DNA of 64,000 nt, from assembly GCA_965116795.1 (NCBI GenBank), contig OZ220716.1, positions 1,226,503 to 1,290,502 of the forward strand, given 5' to 3'. Below the pieces are notes generated by a model. It was given only the letters and a program-made list of their open reading frames with translations, had not been told where the DNA came from and made no database searches. The stretch is from Gammaproteobacteria bacterium. Its GTDB lineage: Bacteria > Pseudomonadota > Gammaproteobacteria > JAJFKG01. This document shows, one piece after another, positions 10,246-20,335 of this stretch. The number at the start of each line of letters is the position of its first letter. Position 1 is the first letter of the stretch. The translations under genes were made by a program, and so were the position numbers.

Positions 10246-10528
10246 TCAATGCGATAGTGAGCTAAGTTGCACTATTAATTAAACAAGTTTTAACGGAGTA
10301 ATCGCAAGCGTAATTGAATAAAAAGTAATGGACAAGATAGGTAAGACTGCCTTTCTCAAAACCTAAGTTATGCAACGGCTCTTTCTTTAAGAAGCCACTT
10401 AATTGATGAGGAGGGAAAGGTGCAACTCACCATTAGGGCTCGGGTATTTAGATACTCATTGACGAAGCCAAATATATGGAAGCGACCTACACCGTTCATT
10501 ATAAATGCAAAGAACGCTTGTATTGCAC
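10246..10528 (+). ncRNA. Bridge/seek RNA of the IS1111-type element (exact ends unknown)
   Basis: Target-matching segments GTTATGCAA (10367-10375) and TTAATTG (10399-10405); donor-matching segments ACCATTA (10429-10435) and ATATATG (10472-10478); each pair flanks a hairpin. Confidence 0.8.
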
Positions 10529-10688
10529 GGGAGATCCATATATGCATAACGAACACCTTGATAAGAGTGCCTTCTTGTTTTGTCGGTAAAACCGATACTA
10601 AAGCGTATCGCATTATCGGTGACGATGCACGCGCAACAATTACTTATTGTATCGACAAATAAAACGTCCACAGAGTCTTAATATTACA

Positions 10689-11162
10689 ATGATTACATGG
10701 CCCGATAAACTCCCTTTCCCCACGGTTGAGGGATATAGCATCCAACCAGGGGATGCGATTGTGCGCACCGACATGGAGGCAGGCTCTGCACGCCAACGCC
10801 GCCGCTTTACTCAAGTTCCCAGTCGTATTCAAGTACGCTGGCTGATGTCACAAACCCAGTTTGCGATATTCGAAGCGTGGTATAGGTGGGAGGCGCGCGA
10901 GGGTGGTGCGTGGTTTGATATTACTTTGTTAGGTGGCTTAGGGTTGTTATCGCAACAAGCCCGTTTTACTCAACCTTTTCAAACACAATTGGTGACTGGC
11001 ACGTTATGGGAAATCTGCACGGAGCTTGAAGTGCGCGAACGCCCTGTGCTTAATCATGACACGTTACATCTGTTGTTAACCGAAGACTTGCAAGGATTGA
11101 TGAATGCCATCGATAGCTTGCACCAATTGGTACATCGCACGTTGCCCGTGAACTTTCATTAA
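10689..11162 (+). CDS. Distal/minor tail protein
   Basis: RTDMEAG.ARQRRRFT motif; follows the tape measure; conserved in copy 2 from 63772. Confidence 0.75.
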   Translation: MITWPDKLPFPTVEGYSIQPGDAIVRTDMEAGSARQRRRFTQVPSRIQVRWLMSQTQFAIFEAWYRWEAREGGAWFDITLLGGLGLLSQQARFTQPFQTQLVTGTLWEICTELEVRERPVLNHDTLHLLLTEDLQGLMNAIDSLHQLVHRTLPVNFH

Positions 11163-11172
11163 GGTTTATCTA

Positions 11173-11703
11173 ATGACATTACAAAAAGACTTAGAGCAAG
11201 CGGTTACGCGGGTGACCGAAGACAGTCAGACATTGCATGAGATTGTGCATGGCGATGAACAGACTGTAGTGATAACCGAAGGTGGCGATGTTAGCTCGCC
11301 TGCCAAAGTCATCTTTGACATTGAACAACAGCTTCAGCAGCAGTTAACCGATTTAAACGTGACCCTCAATGCACTGAATGATGCGGTAGCACAAGCACAA
11401 CATTACGCTGATAACGCTGAACATCAAGCACAAGTTGCTACTACTGCAGCAAACAGCACCCACTTCCCTGCTGATTTAACTGATGGCGCGGGTAAATTAT
11501 TAGCGGTTAATGATAAAGAGACTGGTTATGTCTTAACGCAATCCAGTAGCACCGTATATGGTTTTTCTAAAGAAGGTGCCAAGTTACGAGTGCATATCAA
11601 TGAAGAGTATTGTGATGCCAATAGTTTTTTAACCTACTGCATTGCGCCGGTAGGTATTGCAGTTGAAATAGATACACGCGGACACTTATTAGTAACCGTT
11701 TAA
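11173..11703 (+). CDS. Tail fibre-associated coiled-coil protein
   Basis: Position in the tail operon; LHEIVHG..V.TEGG motif. Confidence 0.55.
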   Translation: MTLQKDLEQAVTRVTEDSQTLHEIVHGDEQTVVITEGGDVSSPAKVIFDIEQQLQQQLTDLNVTLNALNDAVAQAQHYADNAEHQAQVATTAANSTHFPADLTDGAGKLLAVNDKETGYVLTQSSSTVYGFSKEGAKLRVHINEEYCDANSFLTYCIAPVGIAVEIDTRGHLLVTV

Positions 11704-11755
11704 TTTTGGTAACCGTCTAATTGAGTAGTAACGGTTTAATTGATACGAGGTGAGT

Positions 11756-13420
11756 ATGACAATTTTAGATTTAGGTAACATCCGCATGAATTGGTGCGGT
11801 GCGTATAACAATGACATTGCTTACGTGCGCGATGATGTCGTTTCTTATCATGGCTCAAGCTTTATTGCTAAGCGCGATGTCATTGGTATTACCCCAGTCG
11901 TTGGCAATGACTGGGATATGTTAGCCGCTGGCACGCATCAATTGATTGAGCAAGGCGACTTGTTAACGCATGATGGCAGTTCAACAATACGGCTACCGTG
12001 TGGTAACCCAGGGCAAGTGCTACACACCGGTGATAACCAACAACCGCAATGGCGTGATGTGGGATTGCCTCCTTCACAAGCGGTGTGGAAATTATCCGAG
12101 ATTAATGGCTTAGGCGGCTGGTATACGCGTGTCTATCTCATGCGTGATGGCACGATTAAAGCGTGTGGTTTGGGGAGTAATCATGCAAATGGTGACCCTG
12201 TTGCGAAACACACCTACTTACCCAGTCGAGTCACCACCTTAAATAATGATGTACGTTTTGTCGCGGTGTATTCAGGCGGTCAGCAACACTATGCCTTAAC
12301 GGCTGAAGGCGATGTGTGGTCATGGGGGTTTAACAATTATGGCCAGTTGGGTCACGGGGATACCGCCAGTCGCGCGATTGCACAGCGCATTGATTTTTTC
12401 TTTAACAACAATATTAAAATTAAACACATTGTCACCGGTCGGCCTAATCACTATGACTATGGTTGTGCCTTCTTCTTAACCACGAAAGGCGAAGTCTATG
12501 CCTGTGGCTATAACAGTAACGGCAGTTTAGGCAATGGCACCACGGCGCATCAATACACGCCGGTGCGCTGCGGGGCACTCACTAACATTGTGAGTTTAGC
12601 AGTATCGGGTCAACCTTACAGTGTCTATGCAATTGATGAAGACAAACAATTGTGGGTGTGGGGATGGAATCACAATGGTCAACTGGGATTAGGTGATACC
12701 ACGCAGCGCAACAGTCCGATATTGCATCCCACGTTACAGAATGTTGCTAAAGCCGTTATTAGTTGTGGGTATCGAACAGATGGGCAAGACCCTACAGGCA
12801 ATGGGTTAGTGTTATTAGACGATGGCACAGTGTGGTCAACGGGTTATAACGGTTATGGTCAGTTGGGGCATGGGGATACGACAAATCGCACCAGTTTTTC
12901 TCAAATTCAATTTGCGGGTACGTTCACTGATGTTATCTGTGGTGATGGGCGTTATGCGAGCACAGCGGCTATCACCGACAACAAAGAGCTTTATGTGTGG
13001 GGATATAATAACTACGGACAATTAGGCACAGGCAATGCTACGCATCAACATGCACCCACCAAACCCAGTGCCGATTTCCAGGGCAACGTTGATAAAGTCT
13101 GTTTTGGCGGTGGTGCCAGTTATGAAGGTTGCATTGTACAAAGTGGCAATGCGTTATTTGCTGCGGGGTACAGTAGCCGTGGCAACTTAGGGATTAGTTC
13201 TGTATCCAATGTCAACCATCGATTTGCTCAGGTGCTGGGGCAATCCGGTGAGATTGAAGACTGGGGATGCTTCGGACAAGGTCAAAGTGATTGGGGCCTC
13301 AGTGTACTGTATACCGATGGGCGAATCGATGCGTGTGGTCATAATGTAGATTACGGTGAAACCGGCACTCAAAGTGGCAACTTGCACAATGTGATTGTCC
13401 TCAAGAATGTTATTTTTTAG
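11756..13420 (+). CDS. RCC1-repeat tail/receptor-binding protein
   Basis: N-terminal Y..DDVVSY.GSSFIA tail-fibre motif, then repeated WG.N.YGQLG.G units. Confidence 0.8.
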   Translation: MTILDLGNIRMNWCGAYNNDIAYVRDDVVSYHGSSFIAKRDVIGITPVVGNDWDMLAAGTHQLIEQGDLLTHDGSSTIRLPCGNPGQVLHTGDNQQPQWRDVGLPPSQAVWKLSEINGLGGWYTRVYLMRDGTIKACGLGSNHANGDPVAKHTYLPSRVTTLNNDVRFVAVYSGGQQHYALTAEGDVWSWGFNNYGQLGHGDTASRAIAQRIDFFFNNNIKIKHIVTGRPNHYDYGCAFFLTTKGEVYACGYNSNGSLGNGTTAHQYTPVRCGALTNIVSLAVSGQPYSVYAIDEDKQLWVWGWNHNGQLGLGDTTQRNSPILHPTLQNVAKAVISCGYRTDGQDPTGNGLVLLDDGTVWSTGYNGYGQLGHGDTTNRTSFSQIQFAGTFTDVICGDGRYASTAAITDNKELYVWGYNNYGQLGTGNATHQHAPTKPSADFQGNVDKVCFGGGASYEGCIVQSGNALFAAGYSSRGNLGISSVSNVNHRFAQVLGQSGEIEDWGCFGQGQSDWGLSVLYTDGRIDACGHNVDYGETGTQSGNLHNVIVLKNVIF

Positions 13421-13782
13421 AGGGAATGAATGATGAAATTAAAGTCCTACCCAACGAGACACCCACCCCTTTTCAAAGAAAGCAGCAGAGTACCGATTCA
13501 TTTAGCTGAGTACAATGGCAACCATTACTATGCGTTTTTTGATGATGTGAAACCACCGCGTGGTGGCAAAGCGGTAAGTGATGAAGAGCAACAGCAAGTG
13601 ATTGCAAATAGCCTGTTGTTCCGGCAAGTTAAGGAGGAAGCCAGGCGTCGTATTGAAGCCATTGCGCCGCCATGGAAACAGCGAAATGCATTAATGGACT
13701 GTATGCTTCCCGCAAAAGTGCGTGCATAGTGTTTTTTGATGGTTTAGCCTGAAGTTGCTAACAGTATCAAGAGGACATTTTA

Positions 13783-14220
13783 ATGAGAACAAGGAAATCA
13801 AAAACGCACAGCACAACTTTACGTAGTAAAAAACAGATTGCAAATTCGTCATCATTCGATCAATTGCAACAACAGTTTGAACAATGGCGGGCTAACAAAT
13901 CTAGCAATGCGCCTGTGCCACTAGCGTTACGCCAAGCAACTGTTCGCGCCTTTAATAACGGCATACCATTCTCAAAACTGAAGTCATTAAGAATAAATCA
14001 TTCTCAACTAAAACGCTGGCGTGAGCAAAAAGCCGTATCAAGTAAAACAACACCACACTTTGTCACCGTCAAACCAATTAAGAACAAAGCACCTCAAACC
14101 AACATCGCAATACAAACGGCCGCGTGTGAGTTGACTATCCATTACCCACATGGTCTGCATGTGGCTATTCGTCTAGCGGATGTCACATCAACAGCCCAAC
14201 TATTGAAAACACTGTGCTGA
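13783..14220 (+). CDS. tnpA: IS66 accessory protein TnpA
   Basis: First ORF of the element; FEQWR..P..L HTH-like region and F.TV motif. Confidence 0.75.
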   Translation: MRTRKSKTHSTTLRSKKQIANSSSFDQLQQQFEQWRANKSSNAPVPLALRQATVRAFNNGIPFSKLKSLRINHSQLKRWREQKAVSSKTTPHFVTVKPIKNKAPQTNIAIQTAACELTIHYPHGLHVAIRLADVTSTAQLLKTLC

Positions 14221-14230
14221 GGATAAACGG

Positions 14231-14593
14231 ATGTTGCAAATAACGCCTCAACACCGCATTTTATTAGCCAAAGAACCGGTGGACTTCAGAGCCGGTATCG
14301 AAGGTTTGTGTCGAGTCTGCCAAGCTAACATGTACAATGACCCCTTTAATGGCACGGTATTTGTCTTTACCAATCGTCGTCGTAACGCCATCAAACTGCT
14401 GACCTACGATGGCCAAGGTTTCTGGCTATGTCATAAACGACTGTCCAGAGGACGACTTCAGTGGTGGCCACAAGATAATTGCACGACGATTGAATTAACT
14501 GCCAGCACACTGAATATCTTACTGTATAACGGCAATCCCATTACCGCTAATTGTCAACAAAACTGGAAGTCTCTACCTGCCAAAGCGGCTTAG
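14231..14593 (+). CDS. tnpB: IS66 accessory protein TnpB
   Basis: PVDFRAGIEGL, VFVFTNRRR and YDGQGFWL.KRL motifs. Confidence 0.92.
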   Translation: MLQITPQHRILLAKEPVDFRAGIEGLCRVCQANMYNDPFNGTVFVFTNRRRNAIKLLTYDGQGFWLCHKRLSRGRLQWWPQDNCTTIELTASTLNILLYNGNPITANCQQNWKSLPAKAA

Positions 14594-16223
14594 GCCGCTT
14601 TGGCTAATGCCTTGGTGTTGAGTGTGTCCTTATAATGCCAAGGTAACCAATCGTTAGCACGCTGTTGTAACTCATCTTTATGCAACAATAAACTTTGTAA
14701 ATAATCCACTGGGTCAACACCAGCATATTGCGCCGTGAATAATACACTCATCAACACGTCGCCAACCATAGCACCATAAGTGGTACGATATTGTTGTGAA
14801 TTCTTACGATACATCACGGGTGCAATCTTAATTAAACGCTCAGAATCATTGTTATCTAGCACTGCACCAAGAACAGATAAAAATAACGTTAACTCTCGAA
14901 AATGGTTGCGCATATAATTGATAGCTTTGCCAGCACTACTGTTAGGCTCCGCCCAGCGTTTTCGAACACATTGTTCTAAAAATCGCCGTAGCTGTTTCAT
15001 TATCGGTTTCGAATGACGACGATGATAATGCAGGCGTTGCTCTGGTGTATAGCCGTATGTTTTACAATGACGCTCGTGTCGATACACTTGCCCAATCCAG
15101 TTTAGTACTGGCTGACATACCTTCGGATAAACGTCTTTGCACTCGAAAAAATAGCGTCTGGCATGGGTTAAACAATAGCTAACTTGCGTCTGTTCGGCAA
15201 TCGACTCGTCTTTGATGCGGTTTCGACTCAGCGCATCTGACATTAAAATAACAGACCCTAACTCAGTATCACGTTTGCGCAATAACGCTGTGATATTCTC
15301 ACCACCATGTGAGCGACCTGTAAAGACTAATACCACTTCGTTGTCACCGATTTTTGATAGTGCCGCTGTTGTAAATATGCCACGACGTGCTTTTTCTTCT
15401 AGCGCCTGGTTTTCTAACACGAGGCTTTGGACCTTCGCTGTGGTGTCATCGTATTGGACCAACTCGCCGTTGGCCGCAGTACGTTGCAATGCTTGATAAA
15501 CAGGAAGTACGTGATTAAACACCGTCTCCATGCACGCAAATTGATTCGATGTCGGTAATGGAATGCCTTGCGCTTCGTGATACTTCGCTATCCGATAAAA
15601 TGGCAAACCAAATACATAGTGATTCACCGCCAATACCGCTTTGAAACTATCGCTATAGACATCTTTGCCGCTTTCTTTTGGTAACGGCACTGTAAATAAC
15701 GTTAAACACAATCCGCAACGATAGACCTCTCTGTCATAACGTACAACCCGCGCCATTGGTTGGCCTAACAAACGGATCACTTTTGATGGTTTATTCCATA
15801 AATATAAACGGCCTTTACAATCAACATGTAAGCAATGTGCACCTGGGTAGTAACGTTCATCACTCACTTTGTGAACTTCTGCTGCAACATAATCATCTGC
15901 GCTATAGCGTCCATGCCCTTTGTTTGATTGCTCAGATACATCATCTTCCTTAACGTTGTCAGTGTCTTTTGGCACTTTGTCAGAAGAACTTGCCGACGTT
16001 GATGTACCTTTTACCCCTGTTTTTCGCTGCAGATCCCAAATATTCTCTTCAATCGACGGATACTGAGTTTGGCTTCGGTTAATTGACCTTGCAACCAAAA
16101 TACCATGCGTAGTGCACTGCTGCATAGCTTGCGATCGGTGTCTGATAGATTACCTGTTTCAAGTCGTGACAGTAATGACTCTGCTTCTGCGTGACTTATA
16201 TCGATCGTTTCTGGTTTCTTCAT
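14590..16223 (-). CDS. tnpC: IS66 transposase TnpC, split across two frames near 16020
   Basis: N-terminal RLKRIFG..SEK in 16223-16011; Zn finger, DDTT, CLTHARRYF and LDNNDSER in the second frame. Confidence 0.88.
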
Positions 16224-16674
16224 AATTTAATCCCTGTTTCAGCCTTCGGTTAGTCAGAATAACTAACATGCAAACAAGTCTGATCCCATTAAAATTAAAT
16301 TGCAACAGCAAACAGATCAGAAAAAGATCACGCTAGCAAAATGATAAAAATAAATTGCCCCAAACAGAATAATTGGCTGATTAACAGTTGTCACGCAATG
16401 TTGCTGGAAGCATACAATGGACTGGATACTATTAATAGACCAAAAAGAATTGACGGATGCAGAGGAAGCCGCGCTTAATAAAGCGGCGGACTTATTTGGG
16501 CAGATTCAACGGTTGCGAGATATTTCTAATGATATTGAAGTTTTGCTCTTACATGGGATTAACGTTAATTACCTAACCGATGAAGTGTGGGGAGTTGATG
16601 TAGATGAAGAAACCATTGCAGAAACCGATGAAGAAGCGAAAATGAAAGAGACAACAGCAGAGAGTGATGATTAA

Positions 16675-17217
16675 ATGCCAGACCCAACCTTAAGCCAAGC
16701 GATTCAAGAAGCTTATGCGTCATCACCCAGTGATGTAGTGATATTACATACATTAGAGCTACGCCATCCCAAGTTTGTGGATGAAGAAGGAAATGTCATG
16801 GCAGTGCGATTGGTAAGAGATTATCAGAACTTAACTGCAACGCTTGAAGAGACGGCGCCACTTAATGCCAATGAAACGGTGACATTCATTGCGATGAGCT
16901 TTGATTTGAGCTTGCCGACGGTGGATACGGCACCAGTGCCCGAAATTACGGTGACCATTGACAACGTGAGTGGAGAACTAATGAAGCACCTGGATGCTGC
17001 CGTTGATAGTGGCGATAAAATTGAGGTGACGTATCGCCCGTATTTAAGCAACGATACCTCGACTCCACACATGGTGCCACCGATTACATTGGTATTAAGT
17101 GATGTTGAAGCCGATGTCATGCGTATCGTAGGGCGTGCCAGAATGTTAGACATTGGCAACAAGCGCTTTCCAGCAGCGTGCTATACGTTAAGGCAGTTTT
17201 CTGGCTTAGCGCGTTAA
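16675..17217 (+). CDS. Tail tip protein (DUF1833-like)
   Basis: EAYAS..V.LHTLELRHP and YRPYLS motifs. Confidence 0.8.
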   Translation: MPDPTLSQAIQEAYASSPSDVVILHTLELRHPKFVDEEGNVMAVRLVRDYQNLTATLEETAPLNANETVTFIAMSFDLSLPTVDTAPVPEITVTIDNVSGELMKHLDAAVDSGDKIEVTYRPYLSNDTSTPHMVPPITLVLSDVEADVMRIVGRARMLDIGNKRFPAACYTLRQFSGLAR

Positions 17218-17278
17218 CGTAACAGTCAATACTTTCTTTGATCTTTTATTCTTTAATCAAAAAAACAGAGTAATTCTT

Positions 17279-17695
17279 ATGACCCATTGGGCGTGTCAGT
17301 ATATTGGTTTGCCGTGGCAATCAGGTGGCAGAGATAAAGCTGGTTTTGATTGTTGGGGATTGATGAAGTATGTACAGCAACATCACTTCAATCGCACATT
17401 ACCTGACATTCCAGTCGATGCGGTTAACTTAACACACGTTGCCAAAGCCTTTAAACAACACCCTGAGAAGCAACGCTGGCAATTAACTGCAAATCCTGCT
17501 GAAGGCGATGCCGTATTATTACGTCAATCACGTTACCCTATTCACGTTGGGATATGGATTGCCATTAATGCCACTGAACAAGGTGTACTGCATTGCGTGC
17601 AAAAGAGTGGCGTCGTCTTTCAAACCATTAACAGTTTACACGTATCGGGTTGGCAAATTGAAGGCTTTTATCAATTCCAAGGTGATTTATTGTAA
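17279..17695 (+). CDS. NlpC/P60 tail-tip peptidase
   Basis: YIGLPW..GGR..GFDCWGL and HVGI motifs. Confidence 0.88.
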   Translation: MTHWACQYIGLPWQSGGRDKAGFDCWGLMKYVQQHHFNRTLPDIPVDAVNLTHVAKAFKQHPEKQRWQLTANPAEGDAVLLRQSRYPIHVGIWIAINATEQGVLHCVQKSGVVFQTINSLHVSGWQIEGFYQFQGDLL

Positions 17696-19956
17696 TGGCG
17701 CATGTTGTTATTTTGCATAACCCGTTTTTGTGTGAGCGTGGACGCGATGTGATTACTGTTGATCATCCCACTACCATTGCAACATGGCTAACGCAGACTA
17801 ATGTAGTGACGTTTGAATTACCGACAATTTGTTTGATCAATGGCCATGCCGTGCTGCGCCAAGATTGGCAAACGACAATTATAAATAGCAATGATGTTGT
17901 TACCTTCATCATGCTGCCGCAAGGGGGTAGCGGTGGTGGCAGTAAAATCTTACGTTCTGTATTAATGATCGCGGTGATGGTGGCCGCCCCTGCGATTGGG
18001 GGCGCCGTTGCGGCAGGGCTTGGCATTACCAGTAGCATTGGTGTTGGCTTAGTCACTGCCGGTGTGGCTTTAGCCGGTACCGCGTTAGTGAATGTATTAG
18101 TACCACCGCCGATGGCTTCTATCCATGGATTTGATAATACACCGGCACCCAGTCCGACGTATTCACTGCAAGCCAGGGGCAATCAAGCCAGACTCAGTCA
18201 ACCCATACCTGTCATTTACGGCAGGCACATTGTGTATCCTGATTTAGCCAGCACACCGTATTCTCATTATGCCAATAATGAACAATACCTGTATCAGCTA
18301 CATTGTATTGGTCAAGGCGAATATGAGATTGAGTCCATTCGTATTGAAGATACCCCGATTAGCTCCTTTCAGGAAATCACTTATGAAGTAGTGCCGCCTG
18401 GCAATCACGTTACCTTATTTTCAGCCAATGTCATCACCGCACCAGAAGTCGCGGGCCAAGAATTGTTATCAATCAGTGATGGGGGCGGTTACGTTGGTGG
18501 TTTTGTGGTGAATCCAGCGGACACTATTGCAACACAATTGAGTATCGATATCATCATGCCGCGAGGGTTGTACTATGCGAACAACAGTGGTGGTTTAGAT
18601 GCACGCACCATAACGTGGATAGTTGAAGCAAGACAAATTAATGATGAAGGTAACCCACTACATGATTGGCAACGCTTAGGCAGTGAAACGATGACAGCCG
18701 CTACCAATACGCCACAACGATTAACGTATCATTACACGGTTGCACCAGGGCGCTATGAAGTCAGAGCGCTTAGAACGAATAATAAAGATACATCCGCGCG
18801 TAGCGGTAATGAATTACGTTGGGCAGGATTGAAAGCAACGCTTAATCAACGTGCTGATATGGGTAACGTGACATTGCTGGCGATTAAAATGCGTGCCACC
18901 GATAACTTATCACAGCGTGCATCGCGATTAGTGAATTGCATTGTTACGCGCAAACTACCAACGTGGAATAGAGAAACGGGTTGGAGTACACCCAAGGCAA
19001 CACGCTCGATTGCTTGGAGCTTAGCTGACATTGCTAAGAATGAATACGGCGGTAACTTGCCAGACAGTCGGATTGATTTACAAGCATTAGCAAATTTAGA
19101 TGCCACTTGGCAACAGCGTAACGATACTGTTGATGTAGTATTTGACCAACCGATTACAGTATGGGAGGCCATGAAACGGGTTGCCCGTTGTGGTCGTGCA
19201 GTATGTTTTATGCAAACGGGGATTGTGCGATTCGTTAGAGACGAGCCAAGGGAAATTCCGGTAGCCTTGTTCTCACCACGCAATATTGTTAAACACAGCT
19301 TAAAGCTGCACTACTTGCTTGCCAGTGATGATACCGCTGACAGTGTCATTGTTGAATACTTCTGCAGTCAAACTTGGCGACCCGATGAAGCGGAAGTCAG
19401 TTTGCCTAACAGTACCAGTGAACAACCCGCAAGAGTGAGATTATTAGGTTGCACCGATAAGAGCCAAGCGATACGTGAAGGCAAATACATGGCAGCTACT
19501 AATCACTATCGCAGAAGACTAGTAACCTTTCAAACAGAATTAGAAGGGTTAATACCTACGTACGGCGATTTAATTGCGATTACGCATGATATGCCGAGCT
19601 GGGGGCAAGGTGCTGAAGTCGTTAGCGTTGAGGGTAACACGCTAATGTTATCGGAGCCATTAACCTGGGATGAAAATAAATTGAATGAACACGTCATTGG
19701 TCTTCGCAGACAAGATGGCAGTGTTAGTGGCACGTATCAAGTCAAGCCAGGCAACAATACTAATCAAGTCATCATTCAAGGTGAATTTGATTTCAAACCC
19801 TACACTGGTGAATCACAAGAGCGCACCCATGTCGCTTTTGGTGTTGGCAATGCGTGGAGTACGTTGGCTCGCGTTACCGCTGTACGTCCTAGAGGCGATG
19901 TCGTTGAAATCAGTGCCGTTACCGAACATCCTGCCGTGCATACGGCTGACGCATAA
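17695..19956 (+). CDS. Central tail fibre/host-specificity protein (gpI-gpJ-like)
   Basis: PQGG ubiquitin-like N-terminus, N.ARL.QPIPVIYGRH motif; 753 aa. Confidence 0.85.
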   Translation: MAHVVILHNPFLCERGRDVITVDHPTTIATWLTQTNVVTFELPTICLINGHAVLRQDWQTTIINSNDVVTFIMLPQGGSGGGSKILRSVLMIAVMVAAPAIGGAVAAGLGITSSIGVGLVTAGVALAGTALVNVLVPPPMASIHGFDNTPAPSPTYSLQARGNQARLSQPIPVIYGRHIVYPDLASTPYSHYANNEQYLYQLHCIGQGEYEIESIRIEDTPISSFQEITYEVVPPGNHVTLFSANVITAPEVAGQELLSISDGGGYVGGFVVNPADTIATQLSIDIIMPRGLYYANNSGGLDARTITWIVEARQINDEGNPLHDWQRLGSETMTAATNTPQRLTYHYTVAPGRYEVRALRTNNKDTSARSGNELRWAGLKATLNQRADMGNVTLLAIKMRATDNLSQRASRLVNCIVTRKLPTWNRETGWSTPKATRSIAWSLADIAKNEYGGNLPDSRIDLQALANLDATWQQRNDTVDVVFDQPITVWEAMKRVARCGRAVCFMQTGIVRFVRDEPREIPVALFSPRNIVKHSLKLHYLLASDDTADSVIVEYFCSQTWRPDEAEVSLPNSTSEQPARVRLLGCTDKSQAIREGKYMAATNHYRRRLVTFQTELEGLIPTYGDLIAITHDMPSWGQGAEVVSVEGNTLMLSEPLTWDENKLNEHVIGLRRQDGSVSGTYQVKPGNNTNQVIIQGEFDFKPYTGESQERTHVAFGVGNAWSTLARVTAVRPRGDVVEISAVTEHPAVHTADA

Positions 19957-20020
19957 CATTTAATTCATTTATTTTTTTCAATCCGATTTTATTTAACTTT
20001 GTAACAGAGAGGAAATCACT

Positions 20021-20323
20021 ATGGAAATCAAAAAAACTAAATCATCTCAAGATGGCATTACATTATCACAAGTTGAACTTGACGAGCTAATTGAAAAGGC
20101 TTCTGCACGCGGCGCACGCAAGGCACTCATTGAAATGGGCTTGATGGATGATACGGTTAATGACTTGCGTACGTTAAGAGGATTAGCGAAAACTCTTAAA
20201 ACCATGCAACACACCTTTGTGCAAACGATGGTGCGTTGGTTAACCATCGGCATGTTGGTGCTCTTCTTTGCAGGGATTTCGGGGAAGTTAGATTCGCTTT
20301 TTCATTTAAACAATGGCAAATAA
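20021..20323 (+). CDS. Membrane protein, putative holin/antiholin
   Basis: RGARKAL..GL motif and one C-terminal TM segment; start of the lysis region. Confidence 0.55.
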   Translation: MEIKKTKSSQDGITLSQVELDELIEKASARGARKALIEMGLMDDTVNDLRTLRGLAKTLKTMQHTFVQTMVRWLTIGMLVLFFAGISGKLDSLFHLNNGK

Positions 20324-20335
20324 ACAAGGAAGAAA

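Larger units (their letters stand above)
9125..10544 (+). mobile_element. IS1111-type IS110-family insertion sequence
   Basis: Sub-terminal inverted repeats TATGGATCTCCC (9129-9140) and GGGAGATCCATA (10529-10540). TG core at both junctions. Empty site TTAAT-TG-CATAAC at 63600-63612 in copy 2. Confidence 0.93.
13701..16415. mobile_element. IS66-family insertion sequence with convergent tnpC
   Basis: Imperfect 24-bp TIRs GTATGCTTCC.GCAA...TGCGTG; 8-bp TSD AATGGACT at 13693-13700 and 16416-16423. Confidence 0.95.
13430..16674 (+). pseudogene. Tail fibre-associated gene split by IS66 (13430-13700 + 16424-16674)
   Basis: Removing the IS and one TSD copy restores a continuous frame ...WKQRNALMD/WILLIDQ... 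Confidence 0.85.

Noticed and set aside
10368-10832. Short ORFs over the IS right end
   Set aside because: They cross the IS boundary and overlap the structured RNA; likely spurious.
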